From contig CM022679.1 in assembly GCA_012295275.1 (NCBI GenBank), forward strand, positions 2,108,001-2,172,000: 64,000 nt of DNA, in the 5' to 3' direction. A program made the translations under genes and the position numbers. Numbering within the stretch: position 1 is the first letter of the stretch; every line of letters starts with the position of its first letter. Shown one piece after another: positions 1-15,180 of this stretch. The notes below the pieces were generated by a model. It was not told the origin of the DNA, made no database searches, and worked only from the letters and a program-made list of their open reading frames with translations. The stretch is from Chrysomallon squamiferum. Lineage: Eukaryota; Animalia; Mollusca.

Positions 1-254
1 CATCATTGGACAACAAGGAAGGAGTCAGGTCGTGTTAATTAGTCAGAAACTGTTTCTGACAGACCTTCAACTCCTATTCTGAAGAATTATTTACAAATTC
101 CACATTTACTTTGTTAGTATTATCTCTTAACTGAAAATAACAAAAAGTTAAGTTTAATACTGACAGCTGTAACACTTGAATACAGTTAGTTTACTGCAGC
201 AGAGTACAACAGAAGGATGCTTTTTTGAATGATGAATGACGATGAAAAACTGAT

Positions 255-470
255 TTAACAAAACAGAATGTTTTACATTATAGATTTTATAACTGCAGCA
301 TGAAAAAGAAACCACCTGTGACACAGTAACAATACTTTTCAACAACAGCAAGGGATCTTTTACTTGCTGTTTACTCATGGTGTTTGTCTTTTATTTACCA
401 GTCATGGATACTTGCAGTAATAAGAAGCAGCCAGTAACAAGGACTGATCCTGCACTCTCCAGCAGCAGTA
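255..470 (-). mobile_element. Degenerate tRNA-derived SINE remnant (Deu/Nin-domain-like core)
   Basis: The minus strand carries CCATGACTGGTAAATAAAAAG...GTAAAAGATCCCTTGCTG, preceded by a B-box-like GCAGGATCAGTCC. This resembles, from memory, the conserved core of molluscan Nin/Deu-domain SINEs. Boundaries are approximate and no search was run. Confidence 0.4.
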
Positions 471-2530
471 CATTGTTGACAGTGTTCTGTGATATTCCCA
501 GAAAGCTTGCTCAGCTCTAATTAGTACCTCAGTGTTGGGTTTCATCAAACATGGATGCTGTCCTGTGATAAAAACAATGACTTGCTAATCAATAATCTGT
601 GAGCAATACCTTTCTTAGCTTGAACCAAGAACTTTGGGAAACATTCACAAATTTTGTTACGTCTGGGAACAGCAGTAATAAAGAGAACACTGAACTCGCA
701 TCATCTGGTATTGATCACTCTTTATATTCATAACTCGAATAATCAGCATTTGTCACTTTAACAAAACAAGAACTGTATCAATAGAAAACAGGCCTTGCAC
801 AGTAACTGATTTACCATGTTCTAAATATACACATCTCACCACAGCCTGCAGAAGGAAATTACAATTTGTTTTTTTTTTCACACCAGTAACATATGATCTC
901 ATGTTGTAACAGATGACTATGTAACATCTGGGAATTAAAAATGGTGTTGAGAGATATCCCAGGTTTAATGTCATAATCCTGACTTGTTATGTACTTAGTG
1001 ATGCAAATCAAACATCGATGAGAGAGATCAGTCACAGCATTATCATAAAAGAGAACATCAATAAAAATAAATAATTTTAAAACCTACAAAATAAAAAAGA
1101 TTGTTTGCTCATTGCCAGTGATACCCAACCATCCTTCTTTCATTCACCATATAAAATATAAAAATAAAAAAGAGATATGACAATTTTTTATTTTTTTTAC
1201 AGAAACAAAACTGTAGGATGTGGAAAAGAAAATCTCTTTAAATGAATAAATGAATATTTAACTATATTTTTTATACCAACAAATATTAGATGTCAACAGT
1301 CAGTGTATATATTTTCTCATTATAATCATCAGATATTAACATGAAAACAATACAGTATTATCCTGTTCACTTTTATGAAAAAATAAAAATAAACTGAATA
1401 TTAAAAAAAAAGAAAAACAAAAGCTTTTTATATCTGCACTTTAACTAATAATGATAAATGGCAAGGAAAAAAGCTTATCTAGAAAACTATTTTATAACAA
1501 CTTTTTCTAGAGATAACATTAACACAATCAACATACATTTTTTATTTATTTATTTCATCAAACTGTAATCTTAAATCTAAGAGTTTCCTGTATATAGGTA
1601 CATTTAGTTTTTATGTTCATATTTATACTGTTTTACTTAGAACTGGCTACACAAAACTGACACACGTGTATACAAATACATACACATATAAATATATATA
1701 TATACATACATATATATGCCTAGCTTCATTTAGCATATCCATTTTTAAATGTAATTTCTTACAGAGCATTTAATTACAACTTCTTATATTTTCAAATCAA
1801 CTGTTTTACATAGTTAACTATACATTTATATATTTACACAGCATATATTATTCATATGTAATTAGATAGCAAGACTATCTCTGACAATATTTTTAATTTT
1901 ATTATATACACAAGCATATAGTAAAACACACACACTATAAATATACATATAAACTAAATCTGTTAATCCACAAACGTGAAAACACACACACACATAAGAG
2001 ACTTTCTCACAATCAATACATTAAGAAATTTAATTTATCACACACACACACAGACACACACACACAGAGAGAGGTAACAGTTGAAGCAATCAACACATCT
2101 CTGAGAACTCATTCCCAGCAAACGCCTCTACATTCTCAGTGGTATTTTTATTAAAATAAATTTCACGTCAAGCACATCAGATGTGATTGATGGCATCTTC
2201 TATAAATCTGACACAAATATATGACTTGTAATAATTTTAGAAGCTCAGGCAAGATATCGGTTGGAGTGAAAAATACCAAAGCGATGTAGAAAACAATGTG
2301 TGTAGCGTGGCCGACCACAAGACCACATCTTCCTCGCCTTCGTCCTCCATTTACCTCCCATAATACACCTAACTTGGTGCTAATTTCATTTGTCCCAGTC
2401 TCAGGGGCTGCTCACACAATACTCAGCATTAGCTGCAAAGCCAATTCACCAGCTGATAAGTAGACTAAGATGAAACACTTGAACATAAAGCTAATGAATA
2501 TGGAGATGCCACATAATGATGTTAATATAA

Positions 2531-3001
2531 TTATAATTATTCAGTTTTCGTATCATGGTATTAATATACAATTATTAAGTTACCACATTTCACTGTTAAT
2601 ATATAATTATTCAGTTTCTACATACAAACAGTGTTATATAATTATTCAGTTTCCACACATAAATGGTGTTATATAATTATTCAGTTTCCACACATAAATG
2701 GTGTTATATAATTATTCAGTTTCTACATACAAACAGTGTTATATAATTATTCAGTTTCCACACATAAATGGTGTTATATAATTATTCAGTTTCCATATAC
2801 AGTGTTATATAATTATTCAGTTTCCACATACAAATGGTATTATATAATTATTCAGTTTATGCATACAAATGATAATAAATAATTATTCAGATTCCACAAA
2901 CAAGCGTTAATACATAATTATTCAGTTTCAACATAACAATTTTAAATAATTATTTAGTTTCAACATGGCAATGTTATTAGACAATTATTCAGTTTCCACA
3001 T
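2531..3001. repeat. 35-bp minisatellite, about 14 copies (TTATATAATTATTCAGTTTCCACACATAAATGGTG)
   Basis: The anchor AATTATTCAGT recurs at about 2535, 2570, 2605, 2640, 2675, 2710, 2745, 2780, 2811, 2846, 2881, 2916, 2948 and 2983. Central copies are near-identical and edge copies are decayed. Confidence 0.95.
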
Positions 3002-3663
3002 CATCTTCAACTATCTTGTTCTTTTTCTTTTTTAATGTGTAAATTCATAACATTTGAGAATAGACCCACATACACTAAACAGCTTGTTGTTGTTTTCTTA
3101 TTAACAAGCAGGATGTACCTGAACGATAGAAATAGTTGTGGGTATTCTCAGTGGTATTGGTATGTGTGGGTTTCAGAGTGGGAGCATGTAAGTCTGGGTG
3201 TTTTTCATGGATGCTGGAGTTGTTTTCAGAGTGGGAACAGCTAGGTGTGGGTATTCACATGAGTATTGGTGAGGATTTCAGATTGTGGACCGAAGTCACT
3301 GAAAACAGGAGTGGTTCTGATGATTTAGAAGATATTGGTTTGAGTGTAGGAGAAATTCGTGTGACTCATGTGTGAATTTGTGTAATTGATGAGACTTATT
3401 TTCGGAAATTTTGTGTAGGCCATGGAAATATTTGTTCTGAATACAGATATATCTGTACAAAAGTTTTAATCACATCTTGTGCTATCTAGATTAAAGGTAT
3501 TATTACATCAAGTAATTAAATAAATAATTATAATAATGTGACTTTTTTTTTTTTTTTTTATTATCCAAAGACACAGAGTTAAATGATTAGTCTAAAAACA
3601 GGTAAATTACCAACATGATACTTCTGTGTCATTTCTTTGTAAAAAAACTTGGACAAAAAAACT

Positions 3664-3699
<36 letters not shown>

Positions 3700-4211
3700 C
3701 AAAATAGTAGTTAAATTAATTATCCAATAACCAAGAAAATGTTTGCATATTTATAAACAAAGCATTCACACACAAAAAATATATAAATAAATAAAATAAA
3801 AACAGGGGTGTTTTTTTTATGCAAGATTTTCCAAGTTAAAAATAAAAACAAGCAGTTGCGTAATGAACACTGGAGTGTGGGGCATGCAGTCTATTAAAAA
3901 CATCAATTTTCTGTGTCAGTGGAGTCGGAGTAATTCTATTAAATGTCAAACACACCTGAGCCAGCTCAAACTTCAACATTCATCTAGACGTCTTCAGTTT
4001 AAACAAAGTAACAAACCCCAGAAAAACATGCTCTGAACACTTTGCTGATAAAAAGAAATGCACTTAATAATAACAATAATAATAATAATAGTAATAACAG
4101 TAATAATATTAATAACAGTAATGATGATGATAGTAACAACAACAAACATACGATGTATTAACATTAGGATATAATTATACAAAATAAAATTATGTTAAAA
4201 AAAATATATGA

Positions 4212-4247
<36 letters not shown>

Positions 4248-5562
4248 AAAATAAAATGTAACATAACATAATAAAAAATAAAACAAAATAAAATAAAACA
4301 GAAATATTGATACATTAGTACTGCAGATTAATTTAAATCAACATATGAAATAAAATTAGCCAACAAAAAAAATATATAAAAAAAAAAAAAAAACAACCAA
4401 CGACATTATTTTAAAAGGGAACAAATCAAACCATTATTTTATATGCTGGTTGGCCAAAATGTTATTTCAAAAGTCAGCCAAACAGTTATTTTATAAGCTT
4501 TTTGGCCAAACAGTTGTTTTAAACATCTAATGGGCTATGAATATGTTTAAGCTAATTCTAAAATTAATATTGAAGATGCATTCTAATCTAGTTCTTACAA
4601 ACCCATATCACTAGTCAGTATCCCTTACAGTTTATTTTTGTTTGTGTTCTTTTTTTAATGTTTCTTTGTTTTTTCCAAAGAGATTAAACAAGAGAGGAAA
4701 ATCTATATTTGACCAAGCATCTTGGCCATGTTAACATGGAAAGTGAGCCAATGCATGCCTCACAAGATTCCTCTTTCCAAATCTATTTCTGAGTCGAAAT
4801 CAGAAGAGGTCCAAACTTGTTTCACGGATGATCTAAGAAATCGATCTGGAATCATTACAATAGAACATTCTAGACTTACAGCCTGATAGTTATGAGCCAA
4901 TAAATCAAATTTATAGACTCCATTTTTAAGCATTTTCCACTAGCCAAGTAATTGCAAGCGATTAAGGAAATTACAAACCGTTATGCATTTTTTTTATGCA
5001 GTGAAAATATACATGCAGTCTTAGGATCTATTTCAGTTGCCTTAGCATAAAGTGTGTTCTTCTTTGATCAATAAATAGTATACCTTACTGCACTTTATCT
5101 ATTTCAACACAGTAAATTTCTAAACTGTATGAATGAGAGAAAAATTATTTTAACAATTCATCTTATTTTATCGTCAACAGCTGATTTTGAAAATTACTTA
5201 AATGACTGAAAAACCTAATAACAAATGATAGTTTCTTATCAACTGATTGTGTGAAACAAGAACCCCACTATAACCATTTATTCTGAAAATTAATCTTTCA
5301 CTAATCTAGTATTAATAACAGTCATAGAAACCATTATACAGTTGTTGTGAGGTCATGGGTGGAACAGAATAATGTTGAATTACCACAGCTTACAGGAACT
5401 GAACCAGGCTTGTTTTTTATATCATAATGATCAATGTATAGTGTTGTCTTTTATTTTAAAAATTTGTCACAAATCCATGTCAATAAGAAAAGAAATATAT
5501 CAAAATTTTAAGATATCAAAATAAAATGAAATAAATAAAATACAAAAATATATTAAAAAAAA

Positions 5563-5622
<60 letters not shown>

Positions 5623-7594
5623 AAAAAAAAAAAAAAATAAAATAAAATAAAATAAAATAAAATAAAAACCATAATAAATTTCAAAACCAAAAAAAAATGT
5701 CCCTCCTATAATCAAAAACAGTTATGATTTAAGTATATACAACTTCTGGGACATCATGAACTATCTGCTGACAACAATCAAAGAAAAATGGCTGTAAAAT
5801 GCTGCTTTGAGGGACGAGTGTAACAGTGCAGTCTGCTCACTCACAGAGGGAAACAACTGCTTAAACTGTGCACAGAGGTTCTCACGTTCGACAAGTGACT
5901 ATCAGAACATCTTCCTTCGCCTGACAAGATGCACAGGAAGTGAGTGAAACGAGTGATAAATCAAAACAGGAAGCCAAGTTAAATCAATGAAAGGAAATCA
6001 AGCCTGTAGGCTGGAAGATGTGTGTACAGTGTGTACATCACTGACACCAACTGCACACCAACCTCTAACACCAGTGACGTCATCTCAGTTCTTGTACTGC
6101 ACTCCCCTTTTACAAACAGTCACAAGTCTTTTGAAATTTTATAAGAAACATGAAAAAAAAAAAAGTATTTAAAAACAATTCTTCAGTTTTTCTTGCAGAC
6201 TTTCTAATGTTTTATTTTTTTTAAATCTAATTTTGTGCTAATCTGTTTTAGTGTCCTTGTTAAAGACTTCTTAATTTAAGTACAATATATAAATGAGTTT
6301 AAATAAAGAAGTGACATTTACAGATGTAAGTTCAGAGAATATTAAATGTGGAGACACGAGACATTTAAGATGCATTTACTTGAGAAGTCAGAGAGTTCAT
6401 TAGCCAAGAGAGAGAACGTGAATAATCAATTATGACACTTCAATAGTTGGAGATATATATTTTTTTTTTTTTAATTTAATTTTTTTTTTTTTCTTCACAG
6501 GTTACAACTGGTGGAGTATGACAAGAAAGGAAAAAGGCTAGCTACAGACATCAATACACATTCATAATTCACAATCCTATCTAACTCTCTTGTCCTTTGG
6601 GCAATTTGTAGTCAGGAGATTTCCAGTAAGGCTTTCCCAGCTATCCAAATATCATAAACTGATTTTTCTAACTGATCTCAAATCAGGTAATGGATAAGTG
6701 AACCACTGAGTCAACTATCATTACTATAATTATTGGCTTGAAAAAGAAACCAGTACCAGCCGTTAGGCCTAGAGAATGACAAGAACCAGGATAGATACTC
6801 TAATTGTATACTAAAATGTTTTTAATTTTCCCTGTAACCCACTACTAAATATACAGCTGGCTTGTCTCAAAAACCCAGAAGTAATTGTACACTACAACAC
6901 ATTCTCGTTATTTCAAGGTAATCCTCTAATAAATTAAAAGGATTAGTCTTAAGCATGTCTTAAGCTTCAGTGAACTTAATAAATTACAAAACTGTAAGAT
7001 AAGGAATGAACATACATCCCACCTCTACAACATGCATGGTGGCCAACAGTTTACAAGTAGCCTAAGTCCAGTACTGAAGAATATGTCCAGTTTGTATGTT
7101 TAGAAATAAAACTAGTTTCCAGGCATGTACAAAACCATATCAGGACATCACTTACCAGTATGAGTGAAATCTGCTGACAGACTGATGTGAGAGACCTGAT
7201 AACCAACTATATGAAATGTTCTTACAAATGATTCAAATATAGGAGAGTTGATGAATCTTAAGCTGACACATGAACATGTTAAAAAGTATTTCTAAAGAAA
7301 AAGAAGAAGGAACTGGTTGTGGCTCAGTGACAGACTACTGGTCAGAGGTTGGCTGGTCACAGGATTAGAAGTAAGAACAATCACACTAACCCAAATACAA
7401 TTGACTCATACCAAAACTGACAATTTTATACAAAGATTGTTTTTAAAATTATAAAATATAAATCTCTATTCTGTAGAAATGATATCCACTGAATGAATTT
7501 GTTTATGTCTATGGTTATTGTTTGAAATCATCAGACATTGTTGCGATGAAAGACATTAGTTTTTGCCTTATTTCAAAAAGAGTCTACTTACAGT

Positions 7595-7687
7595 CATGAC
7601 ATACATATTCACATACATATACATATACAAATACAAAAATACAAACACATACACATACACATACACATAGACATACATATACACACA

Positions 7688-7742
<55 letters not shown>
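7595..7742. repeat. (ACAT/ACATAC)n grading into (AC)n microsatellite
   Basis: Directly visible; it is the source of the spurious CVCVCV ORF. Confidence 0.9.
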
Positions 7743-8469
7743 TTATAGATATATATATATTTGAGTGAATATATATAAAGGACTATATTTGGGTGTTTAC
7801 ATTCACAAAACCACATCAAAACAGTTAAGATGTTATCAGACAAATGGAGGCTTCACCTCGACATTTTGGTCTCCTCGGAGTGCGAGATGCAAATCAATAT
7901 TCTAATTTAGGAGAAAGTCTTTAAAAATCCAAAATCAATTAAATCATGTAACCGCATACTAAATGTATTACTTGAGAATGTTGCCAAACGTTGATGCTGT
8001 CGTCAGTCTCTTAAATGTTACAACAGATTATGAACCATTTACGCTTTATCTGCAAGGTCATTTTGTATTTGTCTATAAACTGTTTTAATCCTATTTCATT
8101 TTTTCAGATTATTAATATTATTATTATTATTATTTAATTTCAAAAAGGATTTAAAATTGTGCTATGTAAGAACTGAAAAGCAGTATGTGATGCAGCATTG
8201 GCAAGGTTAAGGTTCTGTGTTAAGTAATCTCAAACTAAATTTATTATTAGCTCTTGCCATCTTCACATTTTAACAAGATCATAAAGTCACATGAGATGAA
8301 GAACCATTACATAAATCATTTTCCATGTGAATTTCTGATATTTGTATTTAAAAAATGTGTTAATTAATAACTTGTCTATATGCAGTGAATAAAATGTGAA
8401 ATTATTATATTAATTAATATTTATAATTATATCAAAATACATACAAAAATTAACATTAACTTTAGTTAT

Positions 8470-8710
8470 AAATATATTACTTTACTGTGACAAATATCTG
8501 TCTTTACATATTTTTTATATTTATAATTATCCATCTTTATATATTACCTTATGATAAACATCTGTCTTTACATATTACTTTACAATGATAAACATCTTTA
8601 CATATCACTTTACTGATTTAAACAGCTTTACATATTATTTTACAGTTAAAAACCTCTATCTTTACACATTACCTTACAATTATAAACATATATCTTTACA
8701 TATTACATAT
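8470..8710. repeat. Degenerate ~30-bp tandem repeat (TCTTTACATATTACTTTACAATGATAAACA-like)
   Basis: CTTTACATAT-like anchors recur about every 26-35 bp, roughly 7 times. Confidence 0.7.
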
Positions 8711-11690
8711 TAAATAAATAAATAAATTTTTTAAAAAAAACTAAAAAATTCCAAAAGATCCATTTATTGAGATCATCACATGTATTAAAAAGAGGAAAAT
8801 TTCAAGCCATTAAGAATATAGATCCTACCCTCTGCAAAAAACTTCACATTTGTACCCAATATCTCTAAAACAAGAAATTAAAAATGATAATAATAACCAA
8901 CTGTTAATTATTTACTAATAATGCAGAACTAGAAGGATAATTCTGTCTTTACTTGATGACCATTTAACATACAGAACATTTGTCTCAATGTATCAGACAT
9001 GTACATCAGTGGAAACCATTTGAGCTGCTAATACAGTAATCTACCACATAAATGTTTAACCAGTCAATTATTTCTGCATGTCACTGGAAGCTTTATAAAT
9101 AAATAAATGTCAGAACCGTCTGTGTCTTTTAAGGTGTGCAGTAGCATCTGAACATTGTAGCACCAAAGACTTCATCTAAGCAAGCCAAGAAAAGAACACA
9201 CCAGTAATGAAAAATGAATAATCTCCAACTAATCCATCCTTTAAAAACTCTCCTAACAAAAAAGGAGAGTATTTTAAACTCTCCTCACTTTTACAAAAGA
9301 ATAAAAATTTAAAAAAACAGAAACTGTAATATCTAATGAGCTATTCAATTAATGTAGCTGCTGTAGACTGATGTTAAAATTAACTTTTTATAATCCTTTA
9401 GATTGACAATGATAATAATAACAATATTTAATAAATTAAATCAAAATAGATCAAATATATTTATTGAAATAAACAAGGCAAGATTCTTTTTCATGAAATT
9501 AAAAACTATTTAGATTATTTTTTCCAATAATAACTTCTGAGCAGTTAATACAGTAAACCATACCATAAATATTTAAAATGCTAACAGTTTTTTGCATATT
9601 TATTAAGGTGAAATTGTAAACACACATATTAATTCTCATGAATAATAAAGACCTATTAAAATACTGTTGATGCAGATTTTGAAGACGTATTAATATGTAC
9701 AAGGGATGGATGATGAATGATCAGTGATACCCAGGAACAAAAAATAAAAATAATAAAAAAACAGGAGAGAAAAAAAACGGGAAAAAAACTGTAATAAATT
9801 AACAATACCTCAATAGACTTTGCATTTAAGACTACTGTTCTTAATGATGGTACAAGAGTTAATCATTGTTTTGTATAACCAGCTTCCTATAGATAGGAAT
9901 GTATGTACAACCCATCATTTTTGGATGGATTGGGAAAGAGCTCTATAAGTGTAGAATGGAAGACTGATCCAACAATCCATTATATATCAGGCCTACAAAG
10001 TCATGCTAGCTACTACTTATTTCCATGGATATGTAAACAAAGAATAAATGATAGTGAAACCCACCCCTCCTTGCAGTAAAATTTAGTAAGTAAAAAAACA
10101 AAGCATAAAAATGTAATAAGAGAAAATTTAAACTGTACCAGAATCACTCAGAAAATTAAACATCACAAATTACGGTGTCTAAATAATATTTAACATACAT
10201 ACACGCATCTATATCATATAAAAACCAAATGATAGAAGAAGAAAAAATACAGTCTAGAGCTGTTTTAAATAAATACATGAGTGTTTAAATTTAGTTTAAT
10301 GTCAATAGTAAACTGAACACTTTAAAAGATTGTTTTGTTGCTGTTGTTGTTTTAATTCATTTTGGTAAATGTTAACTTTATTTCTAAAGATACTGAAATC
10401 TACAAATAGAAAATAGTATTCTATTCACAGGCTGAAACACAGATCCTTGTATAAATTAATCCATTTACAGCCAATGAAATATTAGTCTTCAGGATCTTGT
10501 ATACCTAATTAATGCATAGAAACTAAAAAAAAACAAATTAAAAGTTATTCCTGTTGCTGAGTGTGACATGCAGACATTCTGTGATATAACCAAACAGGCT
10601 GCTATAAACGTTGATTAACTAGCATGACTCAAGGAGACCAGGTGGCCAAATAAATTAAGAACTTATTTCAAATCTTACAACTGCAAGGAAGATTTAGTTT
10701 TTAAAATTTTGATTAACAATAGTCACTGAAATTTAACATATGGATAGTGATATTATGCAAAATGTTTTAGGACTGGATTACAATCTCAGAAACATGCATA
10801 GCAACATAAAACATGTTTGCTGGCATTACTTACTCTTAAAAAATCGTTATTAAAACTATAATATGAAATAAAATGAAAGGCTTATTATATACTGTTATGA
10901 GAAAATAAAATAATTTCCAACAAAGACTGAAGCAAAATTTATAGTTTGAAATTGTTTTAATTAATGCCATCAGAACACATTTATTAATTTTCTGTCAACC
11001 AGTACTGGATGTCAAAAAAGTTTATTTTTGGGGGTAACACTAAATTATTTTCTATCACATAATTATATTAAACAAATGAATAAATGTAAATGTTGTATCA
11101 TAAACACTGATCTGAACATCACAATGATAATAATTAATCATGTCCAAAGTTTTCAACCTTATTAGCAGACTTGCAGCATGTAAATAATAAATGTTCTAAT
11201 TAACATGCATCCATCATAAAATGTAATGTAATACTGATTTTAGAATGATGCATATCAAACTTATGTATAAAATAATTTACCATTAAATTAAATTATAAAC
11301 AAATTTAATACATTTTTAATATTCAATTAATTTTTTAATTTATTTTTATTTATTATTATTATTACTTTTTTTACTTTAATATTATTAGTATATATATCTA
11401 TATATAGATATATATATTATATATACATATTTCCTTTTTTGCTACACAGTTACAGATTATGTTCAAGTTCTTTATTAAATTCAGAAAGAAAATATTATGA
11501 TTATGTCATAACAGCAGTTACTTGATCGCGTGTAAAATGCGAGTAAATATTGGTGATCACCATCGTTAGTCACAACAAATTGAAAATCACATAGCGAGAA
11601 CCCTTCCACTCGTTGCTGTTTCACATATAATATAAATATTTAGAAAAACAAATCTGACTAAAACAGATACTGGAAATATTAAATACTCAC

Positions 11691-11900
11691 ACTAATTCGT
11701 GTCCCCATTGTGGTTCTTTCGCCCTTAAAATTAAAACATTTACAAGAAAACATAAAATACAAAATTCCCCGAATCGAATTGTAAACATGATCATGACTTT
11801 GACAGGTCCACCATGTTTTTTTTTTTTTTCCTTTTAAACTAGCGCTTGTAACCGGTGCATAGTGTGAACACCAGTGCATTTAGGTTTATCTCCCTCCCCT
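11691..11900 (-). other. Candidate non-coding first exon of a minus-strand gene lying off the left edge
   Basis: The minus strand has a consensus donor AGT|GTGAGTAT at 11690 within a locally CpG-richer island. A matching minus-strand acceptor TTTTTATCACAG|G sits at 563, and the window ends in ATGATG on the minus strand. Inference only. Confidence 0.3.
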
Positions 11901-13480
11901 ACCGCTTCCCCACCACAGACAGGCTCATGATAATACTTTCTTGACAGTAGTCACAATTTACATCTCACAGAGATCAAAGTGAAATGCTCTAATTATGTAA
12001 TTATTTCAACGTCTGCCGAGTCTGATGATATTGTTTTTGTTAATTTTGGTATTTCTGAAATTTGAAAACTCATCTTTAATTTATTTTTAATGCTATTTAA
12101 AAAATTAAAAAATAAATAAAAATATTGGGAATAAAATAATAACAATCTGAAAGAACATTATTAAAAAAAATATATATTATTATATGTTCTATTGTTGTTG
12201 ATTTATTGTACTTAACTCAGTGACTGTAAAGAAGTTATTTAAAACAAGTGTATGAAATTTATTAAGTAAGTGTGAGGGGCTGAGATTGTGATTTACATAA
12301 TAATATAATGATTAATTGTTAACTTATTCTAAATCCATCATTTAAAGAACTTAAGAATTATATTTTATATTACTGACCATAATTATAATTAATAAATAAA
12401 AATCAATAAACAGAAATGCTAAAATTTTAAATACACTGAATCCAATTTTAAAATAAACCAACACAATTTTTATTATTATTATTATTACTTTTCATCAACT
12501 TTCAGCACTTAATATAAAAATGTCAATATTTTATTTGAGATGAAAAAAACAAAAACTCAAAGAAAAAAAAGAGTGAAAAGGAAAAACTAACCTATGTTTT
12601 GTTTGGGATCAGCAGGTAAATATTAACAAATATTATATTATTTTTAATTTATATATGAATTTATGCAACAGTGAAATCTCACAGACATAACTATGGACAA
12701 ATTAACTTCATTAATATTAATCTAAAGTTGTTACTGGAGTTGCAGTCAGCCAGTTATGTATAAAAGAGTATGACTGCAATAATACAAGACAATGGCTAGA
12801 TCACATGTCCTTAGATCAAATCCTGTAAACAACTCTTATCCTGAATTATTGTGTGAAAACAGTACAAAATTGTGTAACTATCTTCTAAGACATTAACTCT
12901 GATCTGAGTAATAACCCATGCAAACTAATTGTGTACTAACATACTAACAATATGTTGGTTAACCTTGTTTGTGTACTAACACACTAACTGTCTTGGCTGA
13001 GTTATGACTTGTGTACTGAAGATGAATGTGTTTGCACTACTACCAAGTGTAAACATGTCTAATAAATACATTTAATAATATAAATACACAAAATATTTCT
13101 TTTATGTTTTATGATATATATTTTTTCTTCTACAGTAACATAAGTTTTAATCTATAATATTTCATAATTTATATAAATATAAATGTTTATAATTTTAACT
13201 TTAAAATGTTCAGTGTTGAAAATATTAAATCTTTCTGATATACTACAAATTTAAATAAATAAATAAACAAACAAATAATATTTTGGAAGCATATTACGGG
13301 ATTTTGATTAGTGCCTTACTTTCAGTTAATTTAAAACTAGGATTAAATTTGTTTCGAGGATTTCGGCACATCAAATACCGGGGTATTTATATTTTTATAT
13401 ATTTTTTTTATTATTACATCTTACTTCCACTGTGAAAAACAAAAATGCATCTAGTAGTAAATGTTTACAACTAAAGCAAT

Positions 13481-13519
<39 letters not shown>

Positions 13520-14135
13520 TTGTTTTTAAATATCAAACTCAAAAACATTATAGGTTAAGTCGTATTTTAAATCAGAACAAATAAATCTACATAAAACAGG
13601 CCTCAAAAAACCTCAAGGGGGCCTTGATACCGTTGATCACCGATGTGATCAGTGTCTCTCACCTTCTGATAAACCATGGGTCTTTGTTTGTGGTTTTGTT
13701 CCATGTCCATGGTTTCTGAACTGATGGTCATTCTTGTCGAATACAATATGAAGCATTACTGAAGACTTCTTTTAAAAAAAAGAATAACTTTATCCTGTTT
13801 GTATCCCTTTTGTCCTGACATTGCGGAAGCCTTTGGCTGTATGCTTGTGCCGCTTACAGCACTGACGTAAATGCGATTGTCTGGACAACTAATTTATACT
13901 ACACTCTGTGATGTAAAGGTCGCCTGCTGGTCTCCATTATACAAATCCCGATGACGCAAACAGATACATAATCCTTTTCCAATCTTAAATATGTTTTCAC
14001 TTATTAACCCATCACTTCATTTATTATTCCGCATGTTTAGTGCAGGTGTAGCCAATATAGTGGCATTTGTAACACGTAGAATATTTGACTCAAAGAAAAC
14101 ATTAAACTTTTGTTTTTACGATTTTTCTTTTCAAA

Positions 14136-14180
<45 letters not shown>

Positions 14181-14211
14181 TTATTATTATTAGTAGTAGT
14201 AGTAGTAGTAC

Positions 14212-14256
<45 letters not shown>

Positions 14257-14720
14257 TTTTCATTTATTTATTTATGAAAGTCAGAATAAAAGTGTTTTTA
14301 AAGAATGTCTATTGACCAAATTTATTATTTATGAAACATATATATATATTTGACTCAAAGAAAACATAATATATATATATATATATGTGCCTATCTGTGC
14401 GCATGCTTGAATGCATATGTCTAACTGTAATGTAACATACTTTTATTTCTTGAAATCAGGTTAATCTGGATATTAAATTAATAATAAACCTTAACAAATA
14501 CCGAATGAATAGAATTTATTTCATTTTATATTTAGCATCAACAATTCAAATTTATAAAATATCTATGACTTCCAAATACAATTATGCAATCCACTAATAA
14601 ACGACATACAATATTTCTGAAAGATTAAATACTGGACTGGACTATGTAGATAATAATTAATACTTTTACTCCGAAATAATTAAAATAGAGTGAAATAATG
14701 ATTTATCTTGCCTGTGTGGA

Positions 14721-14726
<6 letters not shown>

Positions 14727-14808
<82 letters not shown>
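14727..14808. repeat. (AG)n microsatellite
   Basis: About 40 perfect AG units. Similar tracts lie at 16991-17046 and 51614-51700. Confidence 0.97.
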
Positions 14809-14813
<5 letters not shown>

Positions 14814-14864
14814 GCTGCTACAGCTACTACAACTACTACTATTACCATTGCTACTACTGCTAGC

Positions 14865-15180
14865 ACCGGTTAAAAATCCATTATCCGAAATTCCGAAATC
14901 ACAAACTTTTTTCAGGTAGCTGAAATAGTGATGTCTTATAGTTTTCGGATTCTTTTGCATGCACTAATTTTATTATGTGCCTAAAATTAATTTTAAAAAC
15001 AAAAAACAAAAAAACAACTAAAAATCAAAATGGCTATGTGTATAAGCCATATATGAAATAGAAATGGAATTCGTGTTTAGACATAGACCCTACACTTAGG
15101 TTATCTCCTTATATTCCAAATGGAATAATATTGACCCTTGATTTCACGGATATCGGTTTTCCGAATTTCGGAAAATCCAT
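14865..15180. mobile_element. Probable MITE remnant (Tc1/mariner-like ends)
   Basis: Imperfect inverted repeat: TTATCCGAAATTCCGAAA (14881-14898) versus TTTCCGAATTTCGGAAAA (15158-15175), about 300 bp apart. The TSD was not resolved. Confidence 0.4.

Noticed and set aside
2531-3001. CRISPR-like array
   Set aside because: Head-to-tail 35-bp units without unique spacers, eukaryotic context and no cas genes: a minisatellite.
9930-11030. Additional SINE fragments (about 7315, 9940, 10960, 22675, 30255, 57380)
   Set aside because: They resemble heads and tails of gastropod SINEs from memory but are too decayed to delimit without a consensus alignment.
13991-14960. ORFs with poly-Y/I/SL runs (also 5500, 7568, 36455, 51449 and others)
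   Set aside because: Translations of microsatellites and low-complexity AT tracts.
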